A stretch of DNA of 64,000 nucleotides from Candidatus Buchananbacteria bacterium (GCA_030650095.1 JAUSEE010000033.1:26757-90756); one strand, 5' to 3'. Positions 37,789 through 47,631 are shown, counted from the stretch's first letter. Translations and numbers: made by a program. The notes: a model not told the origin generated them from the letters alone.

Positions 37789-37802
37789 AAAATCATTTGC
37801 TT

Positions 37803-38918
37803 ATGATTATCGGCATAGACGCTTCGCGCGCCAACAGGCCAAATAAAACAGGCGTGGAATGGTACTCCTACCATTTAATCCAAGAATTAAAAAAAATTAC
37901 TCCGGAAAATATCCAGGTTCTTTTGTATGCCAATGAAAAATTAGTCAACGGTTTAGAAGATTGTCCGGCTAATTTTAAGGAAAAAATTTTAAGCTGGCCG
38001 CCAAAATATTTATGGACGCAAATCCGCTTGGCTTGGGAATTATCTTTGCATGCGCCCGACGTTTTGTTTGTGCCGGCTCATACCATTCCTTTTTGGCCAA
38101 TAAGACGTAGAACCAAAGTTTATGTTGTGGTTCATGACGTCGGTTTTAAAAGGTATCCTGATTTATATAAAAAAATACAGTTTTATTATCACGATCTTAC
38201 CATGAAAGCTATCAAGCGCCGGGCTGATAGAATAATCACTATCTCTGATTTTTCTAAAAAAGAAATCATGGATTTATACCAGGTTAATGCCGATAAAATA
38301 ATTGTTATACCTCTAGGCTATGACGAAAACAAATACAACACTGGTGTTTTAGAAAATAAAAATGTTTTAGATAAATATAAAATCAGCCAGCCCTATATTT
38401 TGTATGTCGGCCGTTTGGAAAAAAAGAAAAATATCGGCAACATTGTAAAATCATTTGCTTATGCTAAAACTTCAAATCCTGATTTAAAGCTGGCTTTAGC
38501 CGGCCAAGCCGGCAATGAATACGAGGCTATTGCCAAAATAATTTCCAGCCATAAATTGGAAAATGAAATCCTGCTGCCTGGTTATATTGATGAAGATGAT
38601 TTGCCGGCGGTTATGAAGATGGCGGAAATATTTTTATTTCCCACTCTCTATGAAGGTTTTGGCTTGCCAATTTTACAAGCCATGGCCTTGGGCACGCCGG
38701 TTGTAGCTTCCGATATCGAACCTCATAAATCAGTCGCCGGCCAGGCGGCGGCCTTGGCTGATCCAAAAAATCCGGAAAATATTGCCCAGCAAATAAATAA
38801 AATCATCAAAGATAGGGAATTTAAAGACGAGCTTAAAGTTCGAGGACTCAAAAGAGCGGCTGAATTTTCTTGGACTAAAACAGCTGTTAAAACATTAGCG
38901 GTTATAGCCAAAAAATAA
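37803..38918 (+). CDS. Glycosyltransferase family 4
   Basis: ORF track 37797..; probable start MIIGIDAS at 37803; C-terminal EGFGLPILQAMALGTPVVASDIEPH. Confidence 0.8.
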   Translation: MIIGIDASRANRPNKTGVEWYSYHLIQELKKITPENIQVLLYANEKLVNGLEDCPANFKEKILSWPPKYLWTQIRLAWELSLHAPDVLFVPAHTIPFWPIRRRTKVYVVVHDVGFKRYPDLYKKIQFYYHDLTMKAIKRRADRIITISDFSKKEIMDLYQVNADKIIVIPLGYDENKYNTGVLENKNVLDKYKISQPYILYVGRLEKKKNIGNIVKSFAYAKTSNPDLKLALAGQAGNEYEAIAKIISSHKLENEILLPGYIDEDDLPAVMKMAEIFLFPTLYEGFGLPILQAMALGTPVVASDIEPHKSVAGQAAALADPKNPENIAQQINKIIKDREFKDELKVRGLKRAAEFSWTKTAVKTLAVIAKK

Positions 38919-38985
38919 AATTGGTTAAGTGTCATTATTTAATCAGTTTTTTATTCAATCAATGGTTGTCTTGTTGGGCTGATTT

Positions 38986-40032
38986 GTGTTAAAATTTAAA
39001 GTAATGAAACAGATCAGTAGCCGTCAGTTTAATTGGGATGTGTGTGGACATGATAAAATTGTCCATTTTTTGCAGTCGGCCATTTTAAGCGGCAATTTAA
39101 CCCAGGCCTATTTATTTTCCGGTCCCAGCGGCTTGGGAAAAAAGTTTGTGGCCAGTAAGCTGATAGCTTCAATTTTATGCCAAAACTTGGAAAAGCCTGT
39201 TCCTTGCGGGGTTTGCTCCAGTTGCCAGCAGGTGGCAAATGGGCTTCATCCGGATTTTTATACTGTTAACCAGGAAATAAACGAAAAAACAGGCAAGTTA
39301 AGCCGTGGCATTATAATTGATCAGATTAGGAATTTAAAATATAAGTTGCAACAGGGCACTTTGCTCAACGGTTATAAGGTGGCTTTGATTAGTGATGCTC
39401 ATTTGATGAATTTAAACACCTCAAACGCGCTTCTTAAGATATTAGAAGAGCCGACTTCCAATACGGTCATTATACTTTTAGCCGATGATGTTTCGTATCT
39501 GCCCCAGACGATTTCTTCCCGTTGCCAAATTGTAAGATTTTTGCCGGTGGCGACTTCTGATATAAAATCATATTTGGAAAACAGAGGAGTCTTCGATTCC
39601 GGCCTGATCGCCAGACAGGCTAACGGCCGTCCCGGAGTGGCTATTGATTTGTCTAATAATAAAGAGTTAGCCGATGGCGTTAAAAATAATATTGACGGAT
39701 TTTTCAAAATAATTGAAGCTGATTTGAATTCCAGATTCGAAATAGCCGATAAAATAATCAGCTGGGATAAAGACGAGTATATTAATATTTCTTCTTTAAA
39801 TAACTTAATGCACAATTGGCAATTGGCCTTAAGAGACGTGATGCTAATCAAAAGCGACAACGAACAATTAGTTTCCAATATAAATTATCTGGATAAACTG
39901 AAAGAGCAGGCTGAAATTTTAGACTTTCTTAAAATCAAAACAATTTTAAGAAAAATAAATCAAGTTGATGATTACGCCAAACATAACATTAATTCCAAAT
40001 CAATTTTAGAAAATTTAATCATAAATTTATGA
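38986..40032 (+). CDS. holB: DNA polymerase III delta-prime subunit
   Basis: 348 aa (alt start 39004); AAA+ P-loop SGPSGLGKKF, zinc module CGVCSSCQQVANGLHPDF, sensor motifs. Confidence 0.75.
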   Translation: MLKFKVMKQISSRQFNWDVCGHDKIVHFLQSAILSGNLTQAYLFSGPSGLGKKFVASKLIASILCQNLEKPVPCGVCSSCQQVANGLHPDFYTVNQEINEKTGKLSRGIIIDQIRNLKYKLQQGTLLNGYKVALISDAHLMNLNTSNALLKILEEPTSNTVIILLADDVSYLPQTISSRCQIVRFLPVATSDIKSYLENRGVFDSGLIARQANGRPGVAIDLSNNKELADGVKNNIDGFFKIIEADLNSRFEIADKIISWDKDEYINISSLNNLMHNWQLALRDVMLIKSDNEQLVSNINYLDKLKEQAEILDFLKIKTILRKINQVDDYAKHNINSKSILENLIINL

Positions 40033-41102
40033 GACTTAAAAAAATAATGTTTTTTTCTTTTTTGGCGCTGACCGCTGTCCTAGTTAGCGGTTGCACCATT
40101 AAGATCGGCAATGGCAAAGCCACAGCTGTTGATGGCGGTGTTTTTAAATCCACCGACGGCGGACAAGTTTGGGCTCAAGTGGCCTCAGTCCCATCTTCTG
40201 GCGGTAAAATAGCCAGTATAGCCAATGTAGATATTCGGCGCATGGTTTTTGATCCATCTGATTACAATACTATTTACTTGTCAACCGAAAAGAATGGCGT
40301 TATTTATACCAATGACAGCGGCGCCAATTGGCATCAGTTTAAGCAGTTTGTCGGCGCTAAAATCAATGCCGTGGCTATTGATCCAAACGATAAATGTAAT
40401 CTATATGTTTTGTATGCCAATAAAATATATAAGTCCACCGATTGCGGCCGGTTTTGGGATGATATTTATGTCCATCAAAATACCGGAGTTATTCTATCTG
40501 ACATAGTTGTTGATTATGTTAATAGCTCCATTGTTTATATTACTACCAATGTCGGTGAAATATTAAGGAGTAATGATGGTGGCAGTAATTGGGCCACAGT
40601 TAATCGCGTTAATAAAGGTGTTTTCTTGGATTTAGTGATGGACGCTAAAGATAGCAGAATAGTTTATGCCGCTACGCAAAAAAGCGGTGTTTATAAAACA
40701 ACAGACAGCGGCAAAACATGGAATAGTTTGGGTGATGGGCTTAAAGCCTATTCCGGCAGTCAGGAGTATAAAGGCTTGATAATAAGTCCATCAGTCAAAG
40801 ACGGTTTGATTTTAATCTCAAAATTTGGCATGCTAAGGACTTCGGATGGCGGAGCCAACTGGGAAGTGGTAGAATTATTGCCAGCTTCCAAACAAACCAC
40901 AATTTACTCTGTGGCTGTTAATCCCAAAGATAGCAGTGAAATTTATTATGCGACTAGGACAACTCTTGTCAAATCAGTCGATAGCGGCAAAACTTGGTCA
41001 TCACAAGCCTTGCCTACTAGCCGTATAGCCAATCGCCTGATTATCAATCCCGATAACCCCCTAACAATTTATTTAGGAACATCAAAACCCAGCGAAAAAT
41101 AA
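40029..41102 (+). CDS. Lipoprotein with BNR/Asp-box repeats (beta-propeller, Ycf48/sortilin-like)
   Basis: 357 aa; lipobox LVSGC; seven S/T-x-D-x-G-x-x-W motifs (STDGGQVW, TNDSGANW, STDCGRFW, SNDGGSNW, TTDSGKTW, TSDGGANW, SVDSGKTW). Confidence 0.6.
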   Translation: MRLKKIMFFSFLALTAVLVSGCTIKIGNGKATAVDGGVFKSTDGGQVWAQVASVPSSGGKIASIANVDIRRMVFDPSDYNTIYLSTEKNGVIYTNDSGANWHQFKQFVGAKINAVAIDPNDKCNLYVLYANKIYKSTDCGRFWDDIYVHQNTGVILSDIVVDYVNSSIVYITTNVGEILRSNDGGSNWATVNRVNKGVFLDLVMDAKDSRIVYAATQKSGVYKTTDSGKTWNSLGDGLKAYSGSQEYKGLIISPSVKDGLILISKFGMLRTSDGGANWEVVELLPASKQTTIYSVAVNPKDSSEIYYATRTTLVKSVDSGKTWSSQALPTSRIANRLIINPDNPLTIYLGTSKPSEK

Positions 41103-41127
41103 ATATCATTAATATAAGTTAAAAAAT

Positions 41128-41679
41128 ATGAGTATAGTGGATAATCATAAGATTGATTTCAATAAAACCATGGATCATTTTGTCAGCGATATGGCCACGC
41201 TTAAAACCGGACGAGCCAATCCGGCGGTTTTAGATTCCATTAAGGTGGAGGCTTATGGTTCTTTTGTGCCTATCAATCAGGTGGCTTCTATTGCCGTGCC
41301 GGAAGCCAGATCAATTATAATCCAGCCTTGGGATAAGAGTGTTATTAACAATATAGACAAAGCTATTAGGGAATCTGATTTGGGGCTAAGCCCGATAAAC
41401 GAAGGAGATAAGATCAGAATATCTATTCCGCAAATGACCGAGGAATCAAGAAAAGAAATAGTTAAAAATTTAAACAAAAAAATGGAAGATGCCCGTATTG
41501 CTATTAGGGGAGTGCGCGATGAAATAAAAGAAGAGATTTTGACCGCCGAAAAGAATAAGGAATTCGGCGAAGATGAAAAGTACAGCTTAATCGAGCAGTT
41601 AGACAAGATGACTGGCGATTTCAACAATAAAATAAAAGAGTTGGGGGATAAAAAAGAAAAAGAAATAATGACTGTTTAA
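41128..41679 (+). CDS. frr: Ribosome recycling factor
   Basis: 183 aa; RRF pattern ...IRISIPQMTEESRKEIVK..., three-helix bundle + beta domain. Confidence 0.9.
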   Translation: MSIVDNHKIDFNKTMDHFVSDMATLKTGRANPAVLDSIKVEAYGSFVPINQVASIAVPEARSIIIQPWDKSVINNIDKAIRESDLGLSPINEGDKIRISIPQMTEESRKEIVKNLNKKMEDARIAIRGVRDEIKEEILTAEKNKEFGEDEKYSLIEQLDKMTGDFNNKIKELGDKKEKEIMTV

Positions 41680-41680
41680 T

Positions 41681-42853
41681 ATGATTATTACCATAATAGT
41701 ATTCGCCTTAGTTTTGTCGGTGATTGTTTTTGTCCATGAACTGGGACATTTTTCTACTGCCAGAAAATTAGGCGTTAAGGTGGATGAATTCGGTTTGGGC
41801 TTGCCGCCCAGGATTTTTGGCTTAAGGAAGATTGATGGCAAATTCAAATTAGTGTTTGGGAAGAAGCCCATAGAAAAAGACGGTCCGACAATTTATTCCT
41901 TGAATTGGATTCCGGTTGGCGGTTTTGTTAAAATAAAAGGCGAATCCGGCGAAGAAGCCGAGGCTAGTGACAGTTTTGCCGGCAAAGCTATTTGGAAAAG
42001 GGTGGTGATGATCGTGGCGGGCGTAGTGATGAATGTTATTTTGTGCATGATTCTTCTATCTATCGGTTTTGGTTTTGGCATGCCGGCTTCTTTGGATGAT
42101 AACCTAAGCAGTCGAGCGATAGTATCTAATAAAAGCTTGCAGATAATCCAACTTATGCCGGAAGGCCAAGCTAAAATAGCCGGCGTTCAGGTTGGTGATG
42201 TGATTGCCAAGGTTGACGGCCGGGAATTTGAAACTATCAGCGAACTAAACACTTTTCTTTCGTCTAATAATGATAAGGAACTTAATTTTGAATTTATCAG
42301 GCGAGGCGAGGCTATAGAAAAGAAAATAAAAATCAGCCCCTATTCTTTTGAGGAGAGGGAAGTAATAGGCATTGGCATAGGACTGATAGAAACAGCCACA
42401 GTGCGCTATCCTTGGTATTTGGCCGTTTATAAGGGTATTGTGGCTACCTTTGTTTGGATGTTGGCTATTGTTGTCGCTTTTGCCACGGTTATAAAGAATC
42501 TCATCATTGGCGTTCCAACCGGCGTGGAAGTTGCCGGACCGGTGGGCATAGCAGTTTTAACCGGCCAAGCGGCTAAGATGGGCGTTATTTATTTGTTGCA
42601 ATTTACGGCTTTATTGTCCTTGAATCTGGCGATTATTAATATCCTGCCTTTTCCGGCGTTGGACGGCGGACGATTATTATTTTTAATTTTGGAAAAGATA
42701 AGAGGCAAAGCGGTTAAGCAGGAATGGGAGAATCTGGCGCATAACATCGGCTTTTTAATTTTAATGGGCTTGGTTTTACTGGTGACATTTGGCGATATCG
42801 TAAAATATGGCGGTGGACTTTTTGGATTCATCAAGAATATATTCGGTCTTTAA
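41681..42853 (+). CDS. rseP: RIP zinc metalloprotease RseP (site-2 protease)
   Basis: 390 aa; HELGH in TM1, PDZ domain (IAGVQVGDVIAKVDG), NILPFPALDGG LDG motif. Confidence 0.85.
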   Translation: MIITIIVFALVLSVIVFVHELGHFSTARKLGVKVDEFGLGLPPRIFGLRKIDGKFKLVFGKKPIEKDGPTIYSLNWIPVGGFVKIKGESGEEAEASDSFAGKAIWKRVVMIVAGVVMNVILCMILLSIGFGFGMPASLDDNLSSRAIVSNKSLQIIQLMPEGQAKIAGVQVGDVIAKVDGREFETISELNTFLSSNNDKELNFEFIRRGEAIEKKIKISPYSFEEREVIGIGIGLIETATVRYPWYLAVYKGIVATFVWMLAIVVAFATVIKNLIIGVPTGVEVAGPVGIAVLTGQAAKMGVIYLLQFTALLSLNLAIINILPFPALDGGRLLFLILEKIRGKAVKQEWENLAHNIGFLILMGLVLLVTFGDIVKYGGGLFGFIKNIFGL

Positions 42854-42865
42854 TCTGTTAAACCT

Positions 42866-43213
42866 ATGAAGATACAAATACAGCTAAATATTAATGCTGA
42901 TTTGATCATGCGGCGGAGCGGCTATGGCTATCTGCGCGATAGAAACACCGGCCAAGGCAGTTATGCCCGCCGGCTGGGCAACGGTTTTTATCCCCGCTTC
43001 CATGTTTACATAGAAGGGGCTAGTATTAATCTCCACTTGGATCAAAAGCAAGCCAGCTATGAGGGCACATCGGCCCACAGCGGGGAGTATGATGGCGAAG
43101 TGGTGGAAAGGGAGGGGGAGAGAATAAAAAATATCATGTCCGGATTGCTAGTTTCCGAAAAAGAGCCAGAGGCAGAGGAAAATAAAAGTTTTTGGAAAAA
43201 ATTATTAGGCTAA
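42866..43213 (+). CDS. Hypothetical protein (115 aa)
   Basis: ORF only. Confidence 0.3.
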   Translation: MKIQIQLNINADLIMRRSGYGYLRDRNTGQGSYARRLGNGFYPRFHVYIEGASINLHLDQKQASYEGTSAHSGEYDGEVVEREGERIKNIMSGLLVSEKEPEAEENKSFWKKLLG

Positions 43214-43279
43214 TAAACTGCTACGCCCTTACGGACGTAATATTTTACAATTCAAACTTTGCTTGTCCATGTCTTTTCT

Positions 43280-43357
43280 GTCATTGCGATGGAGCTCAAG
43301 CGACTAAAGCAATCTCGTATTCCATAAACATGGGATTGCTTCGTTCCTCGCAATGAC
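43280..43357. repeat. Nested-hairpin repeat, family B copy 1 (GTCATTGCGA...AAGCAATC...GATTGCTT...TCGCAATGAC)
   Basis: Outer 10-bp perfect stem and inner 8-bp stem. Related copy at 63084-63149; half-copy at 37693-37702. Confidence 0.7.
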
Positions 43358-43477
43358 AAATAAAGGTGGATCTACTGCCTAACTGGCAGTCAAGCTCGAC
43401 TACGCTCGGGATGACAAGTAAAGGAAGGGAGTGGAAAATTATTTCAGCTATGGGCTAAAGCCAATAGTATTTCGTGG

Positions 43478-43516
43478 GTAAAATAAAAACCGCCATCTTT
43501 CAGGCGGTGTTTTTTA
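43478..43516. terminator. Bidirectional terminator (aaaaaccgcc...ggcggtgtttttt)
   Basis: GC stem flanked by A-run and T-run between convergent genes. Confidence 0.5.
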
Positions 43517-43529
43517 AAAATGATTTGTT

Positions 43530-43826
43530 TTAGCCGTTAATATATCCCGATGCCAATTCTTCGAATTCTTTTAAAGAATTGAATGTTGGAGCTTCTATAG
43601 AAACATGATTAGAATCAAAACCAATCATTATGTGTAGATTTTTAAAAACCAAATATCCTATTTGTGAAAAATACAATTTAGACATAGTTTCGGAAAAGAT
43701 AAAAATTTCCTTGCTGGCCACCAAGCTCTTAAAAAGACTTAGCAGCCGAGCGGCTTCTAACAGCTCTTCTTTATTCTTGATCATTTTTTCTTTCTCCTTT
43801 TTATGGTTCAACCGCTTTAGCTTCAA
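43530..43826 (-). CDS. Hypothetical protein (98 aa)
   Basis: ORF; overlaps the start region of the upstream (minus-strand) membrane protein gene by 26 nt. Confidence 0.35.
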   Translation of the reverse strand: MKLKRLNHKKEKEKMIKNKEELLEAARLLSLFKSLVASKEIFIFSETMSKLYFSQIGYLVFKNLHIMIGFDSNHVSIEAPTFNSLKEFEELASGYING

Positions 43827-44241
43827 CCATTGAAACTGGCGTCGGTTCTTGGGGAAAATAAATCAGGTATTGCTTATTAAAATTATTAACTCTGGCAGAT
43901 ACTTCTCTCTCGTCTAAATTATACTTTTTGGCCAGTGTCTTTATGGCCAGCTCTCTCTCTGGCATATTATAATCCAGCACCCAGAAAGCCTCGGATAAAG
44001 TTACAGGCTGGCCGTCGTAGAATTGCTTCATGATTTCCACTTGACTGTTTGTAGAATTAGCCACTACTGAATCAACAATTTCTGATTTTCCAATAACAAT
44101 AGACAAAAAGCCAAACCCCAGATACATAACAAACAAATATCTGGCTAATCCTTCATTATCATTATAAAGTAAATCATAAGCGCCCTTGATAACACACGCT
44201 ACGCCGATAAAAATTATGGCCACAGGAAATATCGAATGCAT
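43801..44241 (-). CDS. Hypothetical membrane protein (146 aa, 2 TM)
   Basis: Two N-terminal hydrophobic helices. Confidence 0.4.
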   Translation of the reverse strand: MHSIFPVAIIFIGVACVIKGAYDLLYNDNEGLARYLFVMYLGFGFLSIVIGKSEIVDSVVANSTNSQVEIMKQFYDGQPVTLSEAFWVLDYNMPERELAIKTLAKKYNLDEREVSARVNNFNKQYLIYFPQEPTPVSMVEAKAVEP

Positions 44242-44533
44242 AACTAGATCTCCTTATTAGGTTTTTTGGTTTTTAGGTACGAAAGTCAGCTGGCTGGCTA
44301 ACTGCTAATTGTATCATATATTTGTTAAATTGTCAATTATTTTGAATAATTTTTGTTAAGATTAAAATCTAATCACTGCTTTGAATTTTATCGTATTTTA
44401 GGGTATGATTTAATAAGAAACAGTAAAAATAACTGGCTTGTGGCCAGCTTGATTTAAGCCGGCTGCGGTTTTTATCCGGCACTTGATTAATCCTGCCAAT
44501 ACTATAAAATATCATTAAATTAATCACATTCCC

Positions 44534-45760
44534 ATGAGACAATCAAAACTCTTCGCTAAAACTAGAAACACAGCTCCCAAGGATGCCGTCAGCGCTTCGC
44601 ATAAATATTTAAGCCAAGGCGGGTTTGTGGATATGCTGATGGCCGGCGTTTACACCTATCTGCCACTGGGTTACCGAGTCATAAATAATATTTCCAATAT
44701 CGTTAGAGAGGAAATGAACTCTACCGGAGCACAGGAAATGCTGATGCCGGTTTTACAGCCTAAAAATATTTGGGATGAAACCGGCCGCTGGGAAAGTTTA
44801 CGGGAGGTGATGTATCAATTTAAAGATCGTTCCGGCAAGGAAACCGGTTTGGCCGCCACTCATGAAGAAGTGATTTATGATATCGTCCGGCGCAACATTA
44901 ATTCTTATAAGGACTTGCCGCTGGCGGTTTATCAGATTCAAAATAAATTCAGAAACGAGCTTAGAGCCAAGGGCGGCTTAATACGCGGTCGTGAGTTTAT
45001 GATGAAGGATTTATACAGTTTTCATCTTTCACCAGAGGATTTGGATGATTATTACAACCAAATGATAGAAGCTTACAAGCGGGCTTATAACCGTTGCGGC
45101 TTGGAAGTAAAGGTGGTAGAGGCTTCCGGCGGCATTTTCACCAAAAAATATTCCCATGAGTTTCAGATTATCTCTCCAGCCGGAGAGGACACTATAATTT
45201 ATTGTTCCAAGTGTGATTTTGCCCAAAACGAGGAAATCTCTAAATTAAAAGCTGGCGACAATTGTCCCAAATGCGAATCAGTTTTGGAAAACGGCAAAAG
45301 CATCGAAGCCGGCAATATTTTTCAATTCGGGGATCAATACGCCAAAGACATGAAAGGCTATGCTACCGATAAGGATGGAGAAAAAAAGCCTATCCTCATG
45401 GCCAGCTATGGCATTGGTATCAGCCGTTTGGTGGCTACCATAGCCGAGGTTTATCATGACGACAAAGGCATTATTTGGCCTAGCAGCGTAGCGCCTTTTA
45501 TGGTTCATTTGATTTCTTTGAATAAAAACGAGGCGGCTGATGATATTTATGAACAATTAACCAATCAAGGCCTAGAAACGCTTTATGACGATCGGGATAT
45601 TTCCGCCGGAGAAAAATTTGCCGATGCCGATTTGATAGGCTTGCCCTATCGCTTGGTTATCAGTTCTAAAACCGGCGATCAGATTGAAGTTAAGGCCAGA
45701 AACAAAGACCAGGGAGCATTGAAATCGTTTAAGGAGGTTATTGATTTACTGAAGAAATAA
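44534..45760 (+). CDS. proS: Prolyl-tRNA synthetase, short form without editing (INS) domain, with CxxC...CxxC insertion
   Basis: 408 aa; bacterial ProRS N-terminus (AGVYTYLPLGYRV), class II motifs 2 (FRNELRAKGGLIRGREF) and 3 (SYGIGISRL), C-terminal anticodon-binding domain; CSKCD...CPKCE between motifs 2 and 3. Confidence 0.8.
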   Translation: MRQSKLFAKTRNTAPKDAVSASHKYLSQGGFVDMLMAGVYTYLPLGYRVINNISNIVREEMNSTGAQEMLMPVLQPKNIWDETGRWESLREVMYQFKDRSGKETGLAATHEEVIYDIVRRNINSYKDLPLAVYQIQNKFRNELRAKGGLIRGREFMMKDLYSFHLSPEDLDDYYNQMIEAYKRAYNRCGLEVKVVEASGGIFTKKYSHEFQIISPAGEDTIIYCSKCDFAQNEEISKLKAGDNCPKCESVLENGKSIEAGNIFQFGDQYAKDMKGYATDKDGEKKPILMASYGIGISRLVATIAEVYHDDKGIIWPSSVAPFMVHLISLNKNEAADDIYEQLTNQGLETLYDDRDISAGEKFADADLIGLPYRLVISSKTGDQIEVKARNKDQGALKSFKEVIDLLKK

Positions 45761-46798
45761 ATGTTTAAAAAATTATCCAGAAAATTAAACAAGGGTTTAG
45801 GTGTGGATTTGGGCAGCACCAAAACCATGATTTATCAGCAGGACAGGGGCATAGTGGTCAATGAATCATCGGTGGTAGCCATTAACAACCGCACCGATCA
45901 AATTTTAGCCGTGGGCGATGAAGCCAGAAAAATGGTAGGCAAGACTCCGCCTCACATCAATGCTTCAACTCCCTTGTTTCATGGCATTATTTCTGATTTT
46001 GAAATTACCGAAAAGATGCTTAAATATCTTATGGATAAGGTTCGCGCCGGACGGTTTTCTTTTTCTACCAAGCCTATGGTGGTTGTAGGCATACCGCTGG
46101 ATGTAACCGAAGTGGAGAAGAAAGCGGTGGAGGATGTGGTTATGTCGGCTGGCGCCAGCCAAGTCTATTTGGTGGAAAATATCATGGCGGCGGCGGTCGG
46201 AGCCAGAATACCCATTCAAGACCCTTCCGGCAACATGATTATTAATTTAGGCGGCGGCTTAACGGAAATTGCGGTTATCTCCTTGGACGGCATAGTTAAT
46301 TGGAAGGTTACCAGGACTGCCGGTTTAACTTTGGATCGTGATATCATAAAATTCGCCCGAGATGAATTTAATCTGGTCTTGGGAGAAATGGTGGCCGAAG
46401 ATATCAAAAGAAGAATCGGTTCTGCTTTGGAATTGGAAGAGCCGGTAATTATGCAAATGCGCGGACGAGACGTGATGACAGGTTTGCCCAAGGAATTTGA
46501 TGTCAATGATTCGCAAATAAGAGAAGCGTTACACAAATCAGTTCAGCATATTTTAGATACTATTAAGGCAACTTTAGAAACCACGCCGCCGGAACTGGTG
46601 GCTGATATTTACCAAAAAGGCATCATCTTAACCGGCGGGGTAGCTATGCTTAAGAATATTGATAAGTTTATTGCCCGTGGCATCGAAATTCCGGTGCATA
46701 TCGCCGACGATCCCCAAACCTGCACGGTTAGAGGCATGGGAGTTATTTTAGAGGATGAAATCCTGCTTCAGGATATAGTTATACCGTCGTCACAGTAA
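45761..46798 (+). CDS. mreB: Rod shape-determining protein MreB, paralog B
   Basis: 345 aa; LGVDLGSTKT, NLGGGLTE, LTGGVAMLKNIDK; followed by mreC/mreD/PBP2. Confidence 0.9.
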   Translation: MFKKLSRKLNKGLGVDLGSTKTMIYQQDRGIVVNESSVVAINNRTDQILAVGDEARKMVGKTPPHINASTPLFHGIISDFEITEKMLKYLMDKVRAGRFSFSTKPMVVVGIPLDVTEVEKKAVEDVVMSAGASQVYLVENIMAAAVGARIPIQDPSGNMIINLGGGLTEIAVISLDGIVNWKVTRTAGLTLDRDIIKFARDEFNLVLGEMVAEDIKRRIGSALELEEPVIMQMRGRDVMTGLPKEFDVNDSQIREALHKSVQHILDTIKATLETTPPELVADIYQKGIILTGGVAMLKNIDKFIARGIEIPVHIADDPQTCTVRGMGVILEDEILLQDIVIPSSQ

Positions 46799-46828
46799 AG
46801 ATGTAATTAAAATTATTAGCGTTTAATT

Positions 46829-47623
46829 ATGAACAATTTTTTTAAATTGGTGATTTTAGGCTTGATTGTTATTTTTTTGCTGTCAACGTTGCATTATGTT
46901 AATTTATTCAATCCCATTGAGAGTTCGATTATTAAATTATTAAGTCCGGTGCAAGAAAAAATTTATTCCCTGGTCATCAGTCTTAAAGACTTTAATAATA
47001 AATGGGTGGCCAAAAGGGATTTGATGGCTGAAAATGAGAGCCTGCAGCAAAAACTGAAAGAACTGCGGGTTGATAAATCAAAAGTTAACAGTTTAGAAAA
47101 TGAAAATCGCCTGTTAAAAGAAGAACTGCGCTTTACCAAGGAATCCAAATTAAACACCGTGGCGGCTAAAATAATAACCGGTGTTTCCGATTCGCTCTCA
47201 AAATCGGTTATTATCAATCGGGGATCGGAAAGCCAAGTAGCAGAAGGCATGGCGGTGGTATCGGGCGATGGTGTGATGATAGGCAAGATTTATGAAGTTT
47301 ATAACGGCTACAGCAAGGTTCTTCTTTTGACTGATAATAAAAGCCGGGTAGCGGCCACTATCCAGAATTTAGATAAGACGACGGGTTTGATTGAAGGCCA
47401 ATTCGGCTTAAGCTTTTCCATGACTAATATTCCGCAGGATCAGGAAATAAAGGAAGGGGATTTGATTGTTACTTCGGGCCTAGAGGGAAAAATACCCAAA
47501 GATCTTTTGATTGCCCGAGTGGAAAGCATTAATCAGATAGAAAGCGAAATTTTTAAAACCGCTCTTTTAAGCCCCATTGTTTCGTTGGATAATTTAAGTT
47601 ATGTTTTAGTAATTGTCCCTTAA
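46829..47623 (+). CDS. mreC: Rod shape-determining protein MreC
   Basis: 264 aa; N-terminal TM + coiled-coil, C-terminal MreC beta domain (VVSGDGVMIGKIYEV, IVTSGLEGKIPKDLLIARV). Confidence 0.75.
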   Translation: MNNFFKLVILGLIVIFLLSTLHYVNLFNPIESSIIKLLSPVQEKIYSLVISLKDFNNKWVAKRDLMAENESLQQKLKELRVDKSKVNSLENENRLLKEELRFTKESKLNTVAAKIITGVSDSLSKSVIINRGSESQVAEGMAVVSGDGVMIGKIYEVYNGYSKVLLLTDNKSRVAATIQNLDKTTGLIEGQFGLSFSMTNIPQDQEIKEGDLIVTSGLEGKIPKDLLIARVESINQIESEIFKTALLSPIVSLDNLSYVLVIVP

Positions 47624-47631
47624 ATTGTGTT

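Noticed and set aside
41277-41871. Antisense ORFs across frr and rseP start
   Set aside because: Overlap high-confidence genes.
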